From: Lytechinus pictus
Lineage: Eukaryota
Length of the DNA: 64,000 nucleotides
Direction: 5' to 3'
NCBI RefSeq assembly: GCF_037042905.1
Contig: NC_087252.1
Span: forward strand, 15,998,001 to 16,062,000
How positions within the stretch are numbered: the first letter of the stretch is position 1; each line of letters opens with the position of its first letter. This document shows positions 47,385 through 61,002 of the stretch, piece after piece. The notes beneath the pieces were generated by a model. It saw only the letters and a list, made by a program, of their open reading frames with translations. It did no database searches and was not told where the DNA came from. The translations under genes and the position numbers were made by a program.

Positions 47385-48880
47385 TAGCCTGGAGGCTTCT
47401 GGGGAGTAAAAGTCATCTACTTTACGTAGGCTTACTCCCCATTGAAGCCTGGGACGCTAAGACATGCATGGTCATGCACACACGGCCACAAAACCTGAAA
47501 CTTTCGCCCCCACGATTTCTACTTTCCCTCTAAAGATCTAGCCCTAAATCATGAACATGGGGTTCAACTTCATTCCCGACAATTTCATTTTTAAAGAAGA
47601 ATTAATTTAAAAAAACAAGAAAAATGTTATGAAAAGAGTTTGCGGCCATGTTGTTACTACGATACTGCAACAGATAACAATCAGAAATTGAGATTTAAAG
47701 TTTAAACTTGATTTGCTTTTTTTATTACAGGAAATAAATCATGTACTTAAACAAAATTAAAACAAAATATCTTACATCAATCTCTTAAGTGTCCGATGTA
47801 AAATCCAGGGTTATAATAGTAAATCCTAATAAACTCCCAGTCGGTTGGCGAACGATGAAACCGATGTTGAAGCACGATGAATAATAAGAGTCACTGTATC
47901 GAGTTGAAATGTCCGTGAAGACGATGTTGATGATGATTAACAGTCAAATTTAGCAATCCATGGGTTGAAGAGTGTTCATTAAACAGGTTGATGATCTCGA
48001 TGAGAACTGAGAATTCCTCTCTCAAAATAACTGCAAACCGTTCATTGATGGCGGGCAAATAATTCCACAGAAAATAAATATTCGAGGTGGAAATAAACAC
48101 TGCTCTGACATAAAGTCTGGCGTGAAACTCTGAGTTCTGATCTGATGTGATGAAGTGATCTGATGTGATCAAGTGATCTAATATGATATGATGATGATCT
48201 TGAAGAAACTGCAGCTCTTATATGCACATTTCAACTATTCTAGATCATTCTAACTAGTATATTCACTATCATGGAAGGTTCAAGTATTGTCTTTAAAAAC
48301 ATTCTCCTTTCAGGAGCAGTCCACATTTCTAAAACATTCTTGAATGACCTCAGTGAACATGTCAATAACATAATTAATCCTACTGTTCTTTTCACTGCAG
48401 GCTGGCTTTTATGTAACAATCTATTGTCTGCTTATCCCTATTCAAAAATAAAACTCCTTGGCCTTTAAATAGGCGCAGCCTGCATAACAAAAGCTTTTAC
48501 AAACACGTTCTCGAATGTTCTTTATCATTCGTGGCTATCCTTAAAGAGGAAATAACTAAATGAATGAATGTAATTGCTCTTACAATTCTTCTTATATGTA
48601 ACAATGTTAACAGAGCCATCTAGATTTCTTGTCTTCCGCTTGGCAACAGCATACAAATCGCGCGATTTGAAAAATGAAATCGATGTTGCAGAAATGTCAG
48701 AAATGAAGTTGAACCCTATGTACATGATTTAGGGCGAGATCAATTTAAAGGGAAAGTAGAAAGTTTCAGGTTTTGTGGCCGTGTGTGCATGACTATGCCT
48801 TAGCGTCCCAGGCTTCAATCCGAGTAAGCCTACGTAGAGTAGATGACTTTTAGTTTTACTCCCCAGAAGCCTCCAGGTTA
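47385..48880. mobile_element. Academ-like non-autonomous element with long TIRs (over 100 bp)
   Basis: TAGCCTGGAGGCTTCTGGGGAGTAAAA ... TTTTACTCCCCAGAAGCCTCCAGGTTA. C-runs on both flanks (CCTCCCCCC / CCCCCCCCC). Confidence 0.8.
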
Positions 48881-49126
48881 CCCCCCCCCCCCCCGTACTG
48901 GTATCAGGTGGGTGTTTCATAAAGCTGGGAGCCGTTTCATAAAGCTGTTCATAAGATAAGAACAACTTTAAGACAACTGGTGATCCTTTCTTACGCACTA
49001 AACCATCGCCAGTGAATATACCATTTACCACAAGAAAGAATCACCAGTCGTTCTTAAGTCACTCTTAACTTTCGAACAGCTATATGATGAAACACCCAGC
49101 TGTTCGTAAGTTAAGAGCGACTTTAA

Positions 49127-50036
49127 AGGGGAATGAAACCTTTGGAATAAGCATGCTTGTGTCGAAACAAAAAAATCAAAGAATAAGAACAAAGAAAGTT
49201 TGAGAAAGATGGGACAAATAATGAGGTTATGAGCATTTGATTATTGCAATCACTAATGCTATGAAGATCCTCCCATTGGCAATGCGACAAGGATGTGTGA
49301 TGTCACATGTGAACAAATTTCCCTTTGATGGACTATAAAATACCATCAAAATGTCTCTTTTTGCCTTTTCTTATGTTGAAACAAACTCTTTATCCATGAT
49401 GTATTCTTTAAAAATCTGTATTACATGCCCTCCTGTAGAAAAAACACATGATCTACTGATAGATGTGATAAAAGAGGCAATTTAAAGAGAAGTGCCAGTA
49501 GTTGCAGTAAACACTGATTTCATGAGGAGAAAGTCTGTAAAACGAGGCTTAATTGTCAGTATATCATCGAGGATCTAGATCAGACAGTTACATAAACTGA
49601 ACTTTGTGAAATCATTAAATCTAAGCTGAAATACGATCACACTGAAGATCACCAACACAGATAGGCACACGTGGGACAGTGTATTATTATTGCTGGAATA
49701 AAGACCTGACGGAAGTGACCGAATCCACGCTTATTTTGCTTTTTTCTCAGCAATAACACAATTTCTTCCAGAATCCTTCGGCACATATTTTTTATTCATA
49801 CAAACAGACACTTGGGTGTTCATTATATTAGATTCTGTAAAAAGTAATTTTGAGATCGTTACCAGAACTTGAATTTATCTTAAGGTAAAATATATACTGA
49901 AGTAATGGGGAGAGTTGCTCACAAGTGACATCACACATTTCTGTCACATTGCCAATTTGAGGATCTCCAAAGCATTAGTGATTGCAATATTCAAATGCTC
50001 ATAACTTTCTCATTATTTGTTCGATTTTTCTCAAAC
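49127..50036. mobile_element. TTAA MITE of the 28185 family with another TTAA element nested at about 49486-49879
   Basis: TTAA-AGGGGAATGAAACC start; colinear with 28185-28769 apart from the insert; right end truncated. Confidence 0.65.
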
Positions 50037-50928
50037 CTGGTGGGAAAAGTGTGATCTTGAACCAATTAAAAGGTGCTGCATATCAAGAGTGGCATTGTGA
50101 GAAAGTACAGAAGTTCAGCTTTATGGTGATATAGATATCATTGAGAATCAAAATAAAAAGTTTTGCACAATTTTCAAAAGAAAACAGAGGAAGAAAATTC
50201 AGTTTTGAGGAAATTTCAGGCCAGAAATTTACTTATTTAACGAAATATTGTATACAAAATAAATGACCAAAATGAAAGAGTAACATTTACTCTATCGGAT
50301 GGTGCTATAATATTTCATTTAACTTGAGGTTAAAACAGGTAAATTCTTATTAGAGAAAGAAAATCTCACTAATCATGAGATTTTGCAAGGAGGATTCAGC
50401 CACGAGATGATTTTGATGAAGCTGGCCTTTTTGCTCATTAGTATCGGGGCCTGCGGTCAGACTGTATAGGGGTTATCGGGCAAGTCTCTTCCGTCTATTC
50501 ATGATATTTTTCTCATTTTTTTTAATGAATTCTTCTTCAAAAATAACAACGAGAGCGTAGAAATGTCAGAAATGAAGTTTTACTTTTATCCCATGTACAT
50601 GATTTGGGTCTAGATCTTTTAGAAGGAAAGTATAAATCTCGGGGGTGAAAGTTTCAAGGTTTGGCTTCCTCTGTGTGGGTCTATAAGATAGGATCCCTGG
50701 CTTCGTATGAGAGTGACCTTACTTTTTACGTTAGTAAATGATTTTTACTCTCTAGAAGCCGCCTGGCTAGGTACGCCGTGCGGCCCGTGCCGCGTTTCTA
50801 CCCGCAAACCATGGCATTGCCACTGCACAGACCACAGTAGACAGCGGGCAGCCGTCTGTTTCGAGGAGTTTTTTAACATTTTTTTATTTTTTGAATTTCT
50901 CCTCATACACAGACGGCTCGCTATCGTG

Positions 50929-51463
50929 TAACCCAGAGAGCTCCCGCCCGCGCAGGGGGCGGGAGCCCAGAAGCTTACCGTGTATTTGACCATATTCAGC
51001 GGACTAGGGTGATTTATGGTCTAAATATTTCTCCAAATGAATTGTGGAAACAGAAAGTATACAATTACCACGATTATATGGATGAAGGTCTAACGAGTGG
51101 CAGTTTCCTGACATCTGGGCACAGACTGGACTGGAACCTCATAAAAAAAAAAAGTTCTCTCCTTCTACCCCCGTTTCGATCGGCCATTTTGTTACGATTT
51201 TTAACAAAAATGGCCGATCGAAACGGGGGTAGAAGGAGAGAACTTTTTTTTTTTATGAGGTTCCAGTCTGTGCCCAGATGTCAGGAAACTGCCACTCGTT
51301 AGACCTTCATCCATATAATCGTGGTAATTGTATACTTTCTGTTTCCACAATTCATTTGGAGAAATATTTAGACCATAAATCACCCTAGTCCGATGAATAT
51401 GGTCAAATACACGGTAAGCTTCTGGGCTCCCGCCCGCGCAGCGGGCGGGAGCTCTCTGGGTTA
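50929..51463. mobile_element. 535-bp near-perfect palindromic MITE with 9-bp TSD (AcademH-like)
   Basis: GCTATCGTG at 50920-50928 and 51464-51472; TAACCCAGAGAGC / GCTCTCTGGGTTA. The arms meet near 51196. Confidence 0.92.
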
Positions 51464-52845
51464 GCTATCGTGCAGCCACCATTAGGGGACTTACATTAAT
51501 GCAAAATCCCCCCGTCGGGCGTCGGGGCTCTTCAATTTTTGTCTTTAAATTAATGAATCAAACTTTTGAAAATTAACGCTACCGAAATGCAAATTAATAT
51601 TCCCTCTTGGCATTAATTGCCAAAAAAACGGGGAAAATCAAGTTAAAAGGAACAAAAACAGTGACTTACCTCGGCTGTCGCGCAACTTCACTGCCCTGTT
51701 TTATCAGAACTTTATAATACACATAAACATATGGCCATTGAGTCCCCTGTACAGATCGCGCTAGAACTTCGGTCTCTGTATTTGGCGAGTGAAGCCAACG
51801 GAGTTCAGCTGAACAACCAACATAACAGAGACCGAAGCTTTTGGTCTAAGACCACAGTTGCATTGGCATCGCACAATCGTAAGCGCTAGTTTCCAGTAAG
51901 CCTATCTCTTTTACAAATCAGACTCTTCCTCAAACCACAGCAACAAGGAGCTTACCACATAATGAACTTTAGGCTGTTCCCAAATATAGTCCTACCAGCT
52001 TAACGCATAAAAAAAGCACGAAATTGGTGTTTCTCTCTAGCTCTCTGCCGGTGCCGGAGTAGTCTAGTTCTAGACGATATTAAACGAATTTGTTTTCACC
52101 GATATATACGTTCTATTCCGTGCGTACGCCCAGCCGAGTGTGCGCGCAAAACCGAAAACCTGTACTCCGAGAAAAATATCGTCTAGAACAGTTGCTCAGC
52201 GGTGACGTCAGAGGTCAAAGGTCAACGGACGAGTGCTCATGAATATGCATGAGTTACTTGTCAATCTCGCTGCGCCGAACCGTTGTTTACGTTTTGCACT
52301 CGTTATTTGCATACATTGTGCACGTGGGATTGATGTAGTATATCTATGCAGGGACGTGAGCGTCCGTGATCTATGTGATGTACATGTACATGTATCATAC
52401 GACAGTTTGAGATAGTTCATTACTTTTAAGGCTACAAATAGAAATTTCATTGTTGGGAAATTACTGTTACATGCATAATAGTTATTTCACTCTATGTGCA
52501 TATCTTGGTTAAATCTGTGGGTATGATGTTACCATCATGATATATGAAAGAAGGTGCTAATGTACCAAATTTCAAACTTCAAAACAATACAGACTATAGT
52601 TTTTCCACTTTACTCAGATGGAATAATTAATGTACATGTTTGAATGATATATTTTATATTCTTCTTCATCTACACATGTAATTACATAAAGGCATTTTGT
52701 CTTAGTATGGGTATTGAAAATTCAGACTCATACATGTAATTAAACTCTCATTCTTGTGAATGGATCACATCACGGTACATTTTACTGTGGGCACTTGTAA
52801 ATATATCATTTTCAAAGTCTTCTTCACATATTTCACTGTCAAAGA

Positions 52846-55047
52846 CATGGGTGTCGATCACGGGGGGGGGGGGGGGGGATGGGGGGATATATCCCCCCCT
52901 AATATTTCAAGTGGGGGATGGCCTGTATTATCATCCCCCCCAATAATTTAGGGTAGAAAAATTATAATAATGATGATGAAAAATGAAAAAGTATGATCAT
53001 GATAATTATAGTGATGATTATAGTATGCCATCAATCAGTTTGTTTCCGTCGCAATGTGTGTATATTGTTATTAAATAAAAACATTATTTTCCAGGACTTT
53101 AAAACAGATGGGTGGAGGTTCAAGATGACAAAAATTTAAATGTTTATGTAAGTTTTAACACATGACAAAAAGGACCCCGACGAACTAAAAACAACTTTTG
53201 TTGATAGGGTGTTCTATCCCACCAGGTAGTGGTGAATAAACACATTTTAATAAATCAATTAATTCAAAAGGGTGGAAAAATAAACGGGTGGAAAAATAAA
53301 CGGGAGTAAAAGGGTGGCAAGATAAACAGGGAAAACCCCATGGACGTAAATCCCAGAGGGGTAAATTTTGAAAAAGTACAAATAACTTTTCTCAGATTTA
53401 CCCCTCCCACATCCAAGTGCATGATGTTTGTTCCATTTAATCTACAACCCTTTTGAATATCACTTCCTTTTTGTTATGTAAAATAAGTAAATCGCCAGGG
53501 ATCGCCGCTCATAAAAAGTTATTTGCAATGAGGTCTGACATGAGGCGAAAGATTTTCGGACATTATTGAGACTACCTGAAATAGATGTTGTTCTATTTCA
53601 CCCTTTTTCTTATTCATTCCCAGAAAATTCAGAGAAAAAGAAAAATACCTTTGCGTTTCTATAGAGTATAGGCTTATCACTTCATTTATTTGCCTGGTTA
53701 TACACACTTTACCGATGTATGTCATGTTAGTTATATATTAAGTTCGGCATTCAGTAAACCTTTGAACAAGAAAATATACCAAAAGCAAGATGTGCACAAA
53801 ACGAAAGTCACCCCTACTTGTATATCCAAATACCTTGACTTGAACCATGGACCTAGTAGGTCCATGCTTGAACGATAACTTTTGGTCAATAATATTTTGC
53901 AGGAGAGCATCGATGTCCTCATTATCTATCTATGTGGAAATGAGGTGCCTATAGTCATGAAAGAGTGAGCCCACATCAAATGCAAAAATTTCACTTTAAA
54001 AAAGTCATAATATATAGTCGTTTGGTGATCAGTAGCTCATATATGGTGCCTTTGTTGTATGCGGTTGGATGTAATTGATATTAAAACATTTTATCATGTG
54101 ACCCCATCAGATACCTCTCATGAAAATATTGAGGTTCAGTGAGCTCAATATAATATGATCATATTTTTACAAATGTTTTAATAAGTGACATCAATTGATG
54201 GTTTCAGAAAGAATAATCATTCATTCTCTCTAAAGCGGATATGAGGATATGAACATCGGATGTTTTTTTTCATGTTATTCTTGTTATTGTTATGGACTTG
54301 AATAACTAAACTTGATTATTTTTTTCTTATTTTGGCAAAAAGAAATATCTTTTGAGTTTGGAAAAGGATGGCAGTTTTACATTCTATATGAGCACACTCA
54401 TGCGGTACGTAAATTTCATTGTAACACATAATGTATATTAGCTGATATTACACACTGATCATGCTGATGGTTCAAGAAAATGTTGGAGAAATATCATGAC
54501 ATGACAGTTGAGTTTTGATTGTTTTAATGTTTGTTTTTGTTTCATGCACTTATAAAGTATTTAAAACATGTTAAAATCCAGGGTTAAAATCGTCTAAGGA
54601 ATGACGGTAAGCCCGATGGCACACGAGAAGCCACACAGTTTGTAATTTGTGCTAATCTTATATTTTTTGTCCGAATGTGCATTTTATCATCATGCACTAA
54701 GAAGAAAAAAGATATTGCCAGTCGGGTTAGATTTAAGAGAGAAGTTGTATACATTATGCTCAATAAACATATCACTTTGTACATGGTCCAGACATTTTTT
54801 GTCATTTTTCTTTCGTATGGGTTTATAATAAGCTTACTTGTAACACAAATTGAATTAAAAAAAAAATTATATAAGTAAAGTACACTGCAACAATTAAGCA
54901 ATTTCCAAGAACACCATGCATATCAACCACTCTCAAATGTCCTAACTTGTGATTTTAGTGGGGGTAATGTTGAAAGATCCCCATCCACAAGAACATTTGT
55001 GTCAATCACCCCCCCCCCCCCACCAAGAATACCGATCGACACCCATG
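52846..55047. mobile_element. hAT-like non-autonomous element nested in the AcademH-like element
   Basis: TIR CATGGGTGTCGATC / GATCGACACCCATG; flanks GTCAAAGA vs GGCAGAGA (6 of 8 match). Confidence 0.6.
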
Positions 55048-57163
55048 GGCAGAGAGTATGACAAAAAGGGTTGAGAAGTACATGTACTTTGTACAGATTA
55101 GTACAGAGCTGTGAAAGGGATAAGGAAAACAGAATAAAAATCATTATTGATTTTTAAAAGTAGATTAATCTCACAAATGCGGATTTTGATGCGTGCATCA
55201 GATTTTGGAAGAAAATCTTTGCAATTGTCCTTGGAACTTTTAGTTTATTTATTTACTTTACATGGACATATAGATAATGCGTACAATTATTTTTTGTTGT
55301 TCAGCTACATTATTATCTAGCTACAGGTAGCCAGGAAATGATATTGCCAATGATGTACACGAAGCCTCTTCGATAAAGACCCTGACCGGTGTAAAAACAA
55401 TCATATATTAAAATAAAGGTAATGATTCTTCCAATAGTTAAAAATATTAAATAAAAATCAAAGAAACTACTCCTCCAAAGTACGCTTCGATTGAGCACCC
55501 CCATGTCGCCTGGAAATGATGACGTCACGTTGTGTCAGGAGGGTTGTGATTTTGTAGGTTTGTGTACAAAAGCATTGGGTATTTTCTTCCATTTCCATGT
55601 TATGAATCCATTTTTTTTTCGTTTTCAGATGAAAATGGCACTCAAAATTATTCACTGTTCAAATTGTTGTAAACCTACAACTATTCACTACCTTTTTTGT
55701 GATTTCTTTGTTTGGCTCTTATTGGGCCTAAATTGCTATGTCAGGAAAAGTTATTATACATAATCTAAATGCAGATAGAATTGAAATTTGCGCCAAGTAA
55801 GCAGGAAATAAATATGGCAAAAACTAGTTCAAAACTGTAGATTTCATAATTTCAAGCTTGTGGGTAAAAATATATGTGATATCCCTCTGTGATAGAAGTG
55901 AAGAGAATGAAATGCGTTATCTGGAAAGCAAAAAAATCACCCTGTTTTTCTGTGTACAAACCTATGGAATCACAACGCTTCTTACACAACGTGACGTCAC
56001 GATCTCGAGGCAGGTGAAAAGCACAATAAAGCCTATTTTCTAAGCGGGGTTCGAAGGCCGATAATTGGAATATTCTTAAGCAAATTACTCAGCTGGGAAG
56101 CGGTGAAAATTAATATAGCATACCTTGCTGTATTTAGTAGCTTATAAGCTTTCGATTGGTATATAATTTATCAATTTCATTTCGGGTCCGGTCTGGATCT
56201 ATAAATAAACTTGAAGGCACATTTTCTCATTACCTTTGAAGTACAGTATTTATGAAATATATTTTTTGCAGCCATTATGAAAGAGCGTTATGTTCAGATC
56301 TACATGTACCTTGCCAGTTAATTAAATTGCTAGTAACTATTCGTTTGCAGTGTAACTTTTACATGTAGTTTGCATAGGCGGATCCAGCTTTTGGCGAAAG
56401 GGGGGGGGGGGGGGGCACCGCCGAGCGGCGCACATATTTTTGCACCATAAAAGAAAATGTTGAAAAAGGGGTAAAGTCTGACCCTGTCAAATGCTCTTTT
56501 CAAAATGTAGGATTTCCAGTCATGCCATTTTGCATGACCACACGCAGATAATATTTCCGGGGGGGGGGGGGGGGGGGGCAAAACTCGAACATATTTTTGA
56601 AAAATAAAAATAAAAACGATAGAGTAAACGGACCGAGCTGCTCATGCGGCGATTATTTTTTTTATAAAGTGTAATAAAAGTATTTGGTACACATCTCACA
56701 TTTGCACATTTTTCATAGTTTTCATGAAATGTTAAGGGAAAAAATGTGTTTTCACAACAACTGATCGGGAATTTGCCCCCCCCCTTCCCCCTTGCTGCGT
56801 ACGACCATTCCCTGAAATCCACTTAAACATATATCATTACAACATAAAATATACATGAATTTAGACATATAATCTTTCTTAGACATATATAGAGAGAGAT
56901 TGAAAAACTTATTAAAGAAAGAAACAAGCAAAAAGTAACACAAATTATGCATGTTATGTGCGATTTCAAAATCTCGTGTCCCAACCCTTTTATTGCGATG
57001 AGGCCAATACTTGTGTATATTAATTGAGATGCAATTTTTTTTACTATATATACACAGGGGCGTCGATCCTTTTTTTCACATTGGGGGGGGGGGCAAAATC
57101 ATAAATCAACTTTCCAACGGCGCTCGATCACACAAAACAAACAAACTCACACACACTCGTATA

Positions 57164-57195
<32 letters not shown>

Positions 57196-58278
57196 GCTGA
57201 AATTTTTTAGTAAACTGACCTGAAAATAGGAAAAAGGTGCCTTTTAAAGACTGTTTGTAGTAACTCATGAGGAGAATACATATCTCACTACACAGATAAT
57301 GCGAGTGCCGAGGGCGAGCTGAAATTTCTTTATATTCTGACCAGAAAGCTTGATATCCTCTGCATTTTGGTACCTATGATTAAGATGGGTATCTAAAAAA
57401 GACAAAACATGCGAGCGCAAAGCGCGAGCTTAAAATTTCGATCTGAAAAAAAAATGACAGTTTAATGGACGTTTTTAATAAAGAACAAGATTATATCCAA
57501 CAAAAGATTATTGCAAATCGAAGCGGGACTTCTTTTGAGGTTTAGAACTGAGAACGGGACATTCTATTCACCTATTTAATCATGAAAAGTATGGGGTTTT
57601 GCTACAGAAATGGTGCGAGCGCGAAGCGCGTGCTGAAAATTTTTGTATTCCAATCTGAAAAGCGGACAATTTGAGCACGATTTTAAACAAAGAACGAGTC
57701 GTGTAGCTCAATATCGCTTGCTGATTTCTGTGTAACATTACCATCTTATTTTATTTTTGTACATGCGGAATTATTGGAGGAGGGGGGGGGGGGGCAAAAC
57801 GATATGTTTGCCCCCCCCCAATTATTTCTATTGGTGGGGCGAAGGACTATCTTGGCCCCCTGACGAGCTTGAAAAAAAAGCCTTTTTTGCCCCCTGACGA
57901 GCTTGAAGACCTTTTTTTTTTGTTTTGCTTGTCAATTTTTTTTCCAGGTACGAAGTCCTTTATTTGTGATTGAAGACTTTTTTTTGCTTGTCAATTTTTT
58001 TGGCGGACGGTTTTGCCCCCCCCCCCCCTGTGGAAAATTCCAGGTACGCCACTGTTTAAAGTGCTATACTGTACGTACAAATATGACCGACTTGTGAGTT
58101 TTGTTTTGGTCATGGTTCTTTAGGATTTTTTTGTTCCAGAGAGAGTTTACTCAGTCAACTTCAATAAATGCAAAAGGGAGACAATTACTGTATTCTTGTT
58201 CTACTGCAAATTCCAATTATTGTTTGGTCAGCCATATTATGAAAGAACAGTACATTTCAGATCAAACTTGCCAGTTAA

Positions 58279-58865
58279 AGGACAAGTCCACCCCAACAAA
58301 CTGACTTGAATAGATAAAGAAAAATCAAACAAACATAACTCTGAAAATTTCATCAAAATTGGATGTAAAATAAGAAAGTTATAACAATTTCAAGTTTCGC
58401 TTAATTTTTCAAAACAGTTATATGCACATCTTAGTCAGCATGCAAATGAGGGGACCGATGACATCATTCACTTACTATTTCTTTTGTATTTTATTTTATG
58501 AAATATTTTGATTTTCTCGTCATTGTCTGTTAAAAAAGTTTCATTCCTCCCTGAACACATGTAATTCCATTATTCTAACATTTTGTGGTTCGAGCAAAGG
58601 GGCACTAATATTATCGAATTCGTAAAAATTGAAATATTGTATTATTCAAACAAAAACAAAAGAAATAGTGAGTGAGTGACATCATCGTCTCTCTCATTTG
58701 CATATCACCGAGTTGAGTATAGAACTGTTTTGTGAAAAATAAGCCAAATTTTAAAATGTCATAACTCTCTTATTTTACATCCGGTTTTGATGAAATTTTC
58801 ACCATTATTCATGTTTGATTTGTCTCTATTTATTCAAATAATTTTTTCTGGGGTGGACTTGACCT
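58279..58865. mobile_element. TTAA-flanked MITE (Kolobok-like)
   Basis: TTAA-AGGACAAGTCCACCCC ... GGGGTGGACTTGACCT-TTAA. Confidence 0.88.
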
Positions 58866-59131
58866 TTAATGACTTTGACATTATTTTCCTGCTATATATT
58901 ACTGTCATGCGAACAAAATAAGCAATTCTGTGGAACAAGTTTATGAGGAAATGTGTAAAATTGTCATTGTCATTTTACATGTGGAAATATAGAATTTCTT
59001 GCTTTTTAAGTGACTCCATTTAGGAAACTTGGGGCCATGTGACTTCAATTAAACTGGCATCATGAAGAAATTACATAATTAACCCAAATCAAGGGGAGTG
59101 TCAATTTTGAAGGATATAAAGTTGCTACCCT

Positions 59132-59294
59132 CTTTCCATATATACCCAGTAGGTATATTCAAGAAGACATCGTGGCCTCGGAGGAAACTTTCGAGAGCTT
59201 TGTTCTGTTGGATCTTCAAAGTCGTTGTTCCCAACTGTTTGGACATATGCAGGATGGAATCTCTGATAGAATGACGTTAATTACCCGTCGCCAT
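59132..59294 (-). pseudogene. RecQ-like helicase N-terminal remnant
   Basis: MATGN*RHSIRDSILHMSKQLGTTTLKIQQNKALESFLRGHDVFLNIPTGY then GK after a 4-bp duplication. Not in the ORF track because of the stop and frameshift. Confidence 0.8.
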
Positions 59295-61002
59295 CACACC
59301 ATATATGAAAAAAAACGAAGATATAAGTGATCAAGACTTGTCTGATTTGGTAAACACGCAAGAAACTGAATTTGGAAACCGCGCGCTGTATAATTATGTA
59401 TAGGCCTACAGTACACAATACAACCAGGGAGTTGGGAGTCTCCCTGATACAACATCACGGCAGACGGTACAGTACACAAGTCTATGGCTAATGTTGTGCT
59501 GCTTTGTGCGATCCGATTGATTATGTGTGTGTGTGTATTGTATATGTAATCTATATACGATAGTCTACGCTCAAAAACCTTATTGTAGGTATCAGGGGAA
59601 ACATACACGATCCGATTCATTTATGATGTTTTTGTGTGTTTAATTTGATTTCTTTTATAAATTATTTACAACAAAAAGTCCTTTCTTAGGTAATTAATAT
59701 TCATTTTATCGGTAGATCACACCATATTTCTCAACCCAGTAATCTTCCCTGCTGTTAACAAAGACTAGCGGCTGAACGGGAGGCGTGTCCACTTTTAACG
59801 ACTTTCCCTCAAAAATCTGAGGGAGTGACGTCACCGCTGAGCAACTGTTCTAGACGATATTTTTCTCGGAGTACAGGTTCTCGGTTTTGCGCGCACACTC
59901 GGCGGGGCGTACGCACGGAATAGAACGTATATATCGGTGAAAACAAATTCGTTTAATATCGTCTAGAACTAGACTAGTGCCGGAGACGACTCAGTCTCAG
60001 TCAAACTGCCATGTTATCTCATTAGCCCTCTACGTTCATCTGCATCCAGGTCTAGGCTTATGGCATGCAGCTAGCTGCGCTGCAGGCCAGGCAGTAGTCC
60101 AGATTGGACCTTGTTGTTTGGAAGTGCTTTTTCCCAAAGCTAACATAGAGGGCACATGTCTCCCAATCTCTAATCAGCGCCAATCCACTCATCTTCCCTC
60201 CCCAACAAGGTCCAGTACAAAACTTTGCTGTACCAGAAAAGCTAGGCATCAATCAAACAAGTTACACGGTAGGGGGTCAGGTGCCCTAGTCTCACACACC
60301 AAACAAGACACATTTTTACCCAAAACAACTTCACCTCAAACAGGGTGAAAAATGCAAAGTTGTGTTGTTTTTTTTACACTGTAAACATAAGGCTCCGTGT
60401 TAATGCACTTAAAAAATATCTATTCAGCGCCTTCCTCTCTCGTCAAATGATTCCACCCATGAACCAAGTATCAAAGTTTGAATAAGTAGACTACATCAGT
60501 CACAAGGAGGCAACAGCTGGTAAACATCTCTGGCTCAGGCAGTATCAACAGATCCTGGCCCCCACCCCCATCGTGGTCAATGGGCAGTGGAGGGTCAGGG
60601 GAAACCAGACCAGTGGCCTACAGGTACGACTAGTCTCTTGTACCAAACTTTTGCCTCCACTCAAATACAAGTTTACCCCCAAGGACGATGAAAATACACA
60701 GATGTGACCGATGTTCTACAGAATAGACATATACCACCATGATAATTTGATATTCACATTTTGTTCTATTGAAATGTTTTTTCTCTTACCCAAGGATTTC
60801 ATCCGTGGAATAAGTATACAGTTTATAAGACTAGACTATGAAAACCAGGACCCTGTTGCTTCCATGAAATGACCTCCTGACCTCCATGATAAGGGCAGTC
60901 AGTGGTTTTTGTATATGGAGCTATATATAGCTCCATGGTTTGGACATGGTTTGATATGCATGTGTTTGCAGTGTATTCCATACTATGGACATCCATGTCC
61001 AT

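Larger units (their letters stand above)
52060..59976 (-). mobile_element. AcademH-like DNA transposon (7.9 kb, decayed, with nested MITEs)
   Basis: About 150-bp near-identical TIRs starting TAGTCTAG; 9-bp TSD GTGCCGGAG at 52051-52059 and 59977-59985; internal RecQ remnant. Confidence 0.88.

Noticed and set aside
51009..51383. Two ORFs with identical N-termini on opposite strands
   Set aside because: A consequence of the palindrome; no coding signature.
51660..51760. Strong minus-strand donor CCGAG|gtaagt at about 51669 as the first exon of the zinc-finger gene
   Set aside because: No convincing open frame from nearby ATGs, and the surroundings look TE-derived; cannot be assigned without transcripts.
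53519..54901. Possible Academ transposase remnants (EDIDALLQNIIDQK; VASRVPSGL)
   Set aside because: The resemblance is weak and the segment lies inside an apparent nested hAT-like element; it needs an HMM search.
57855..57912. CTGACGA...GAAA hammerhead-like motif
   Set aside because: No stem II or compatible stems I and III; it is a short local duplication in a MITE.
59977..60348. 123-aa ORF next to the AcademH-like end
   Set aside because: It starts within the TSD at a GTG, has no recognisable domain and no splice support.
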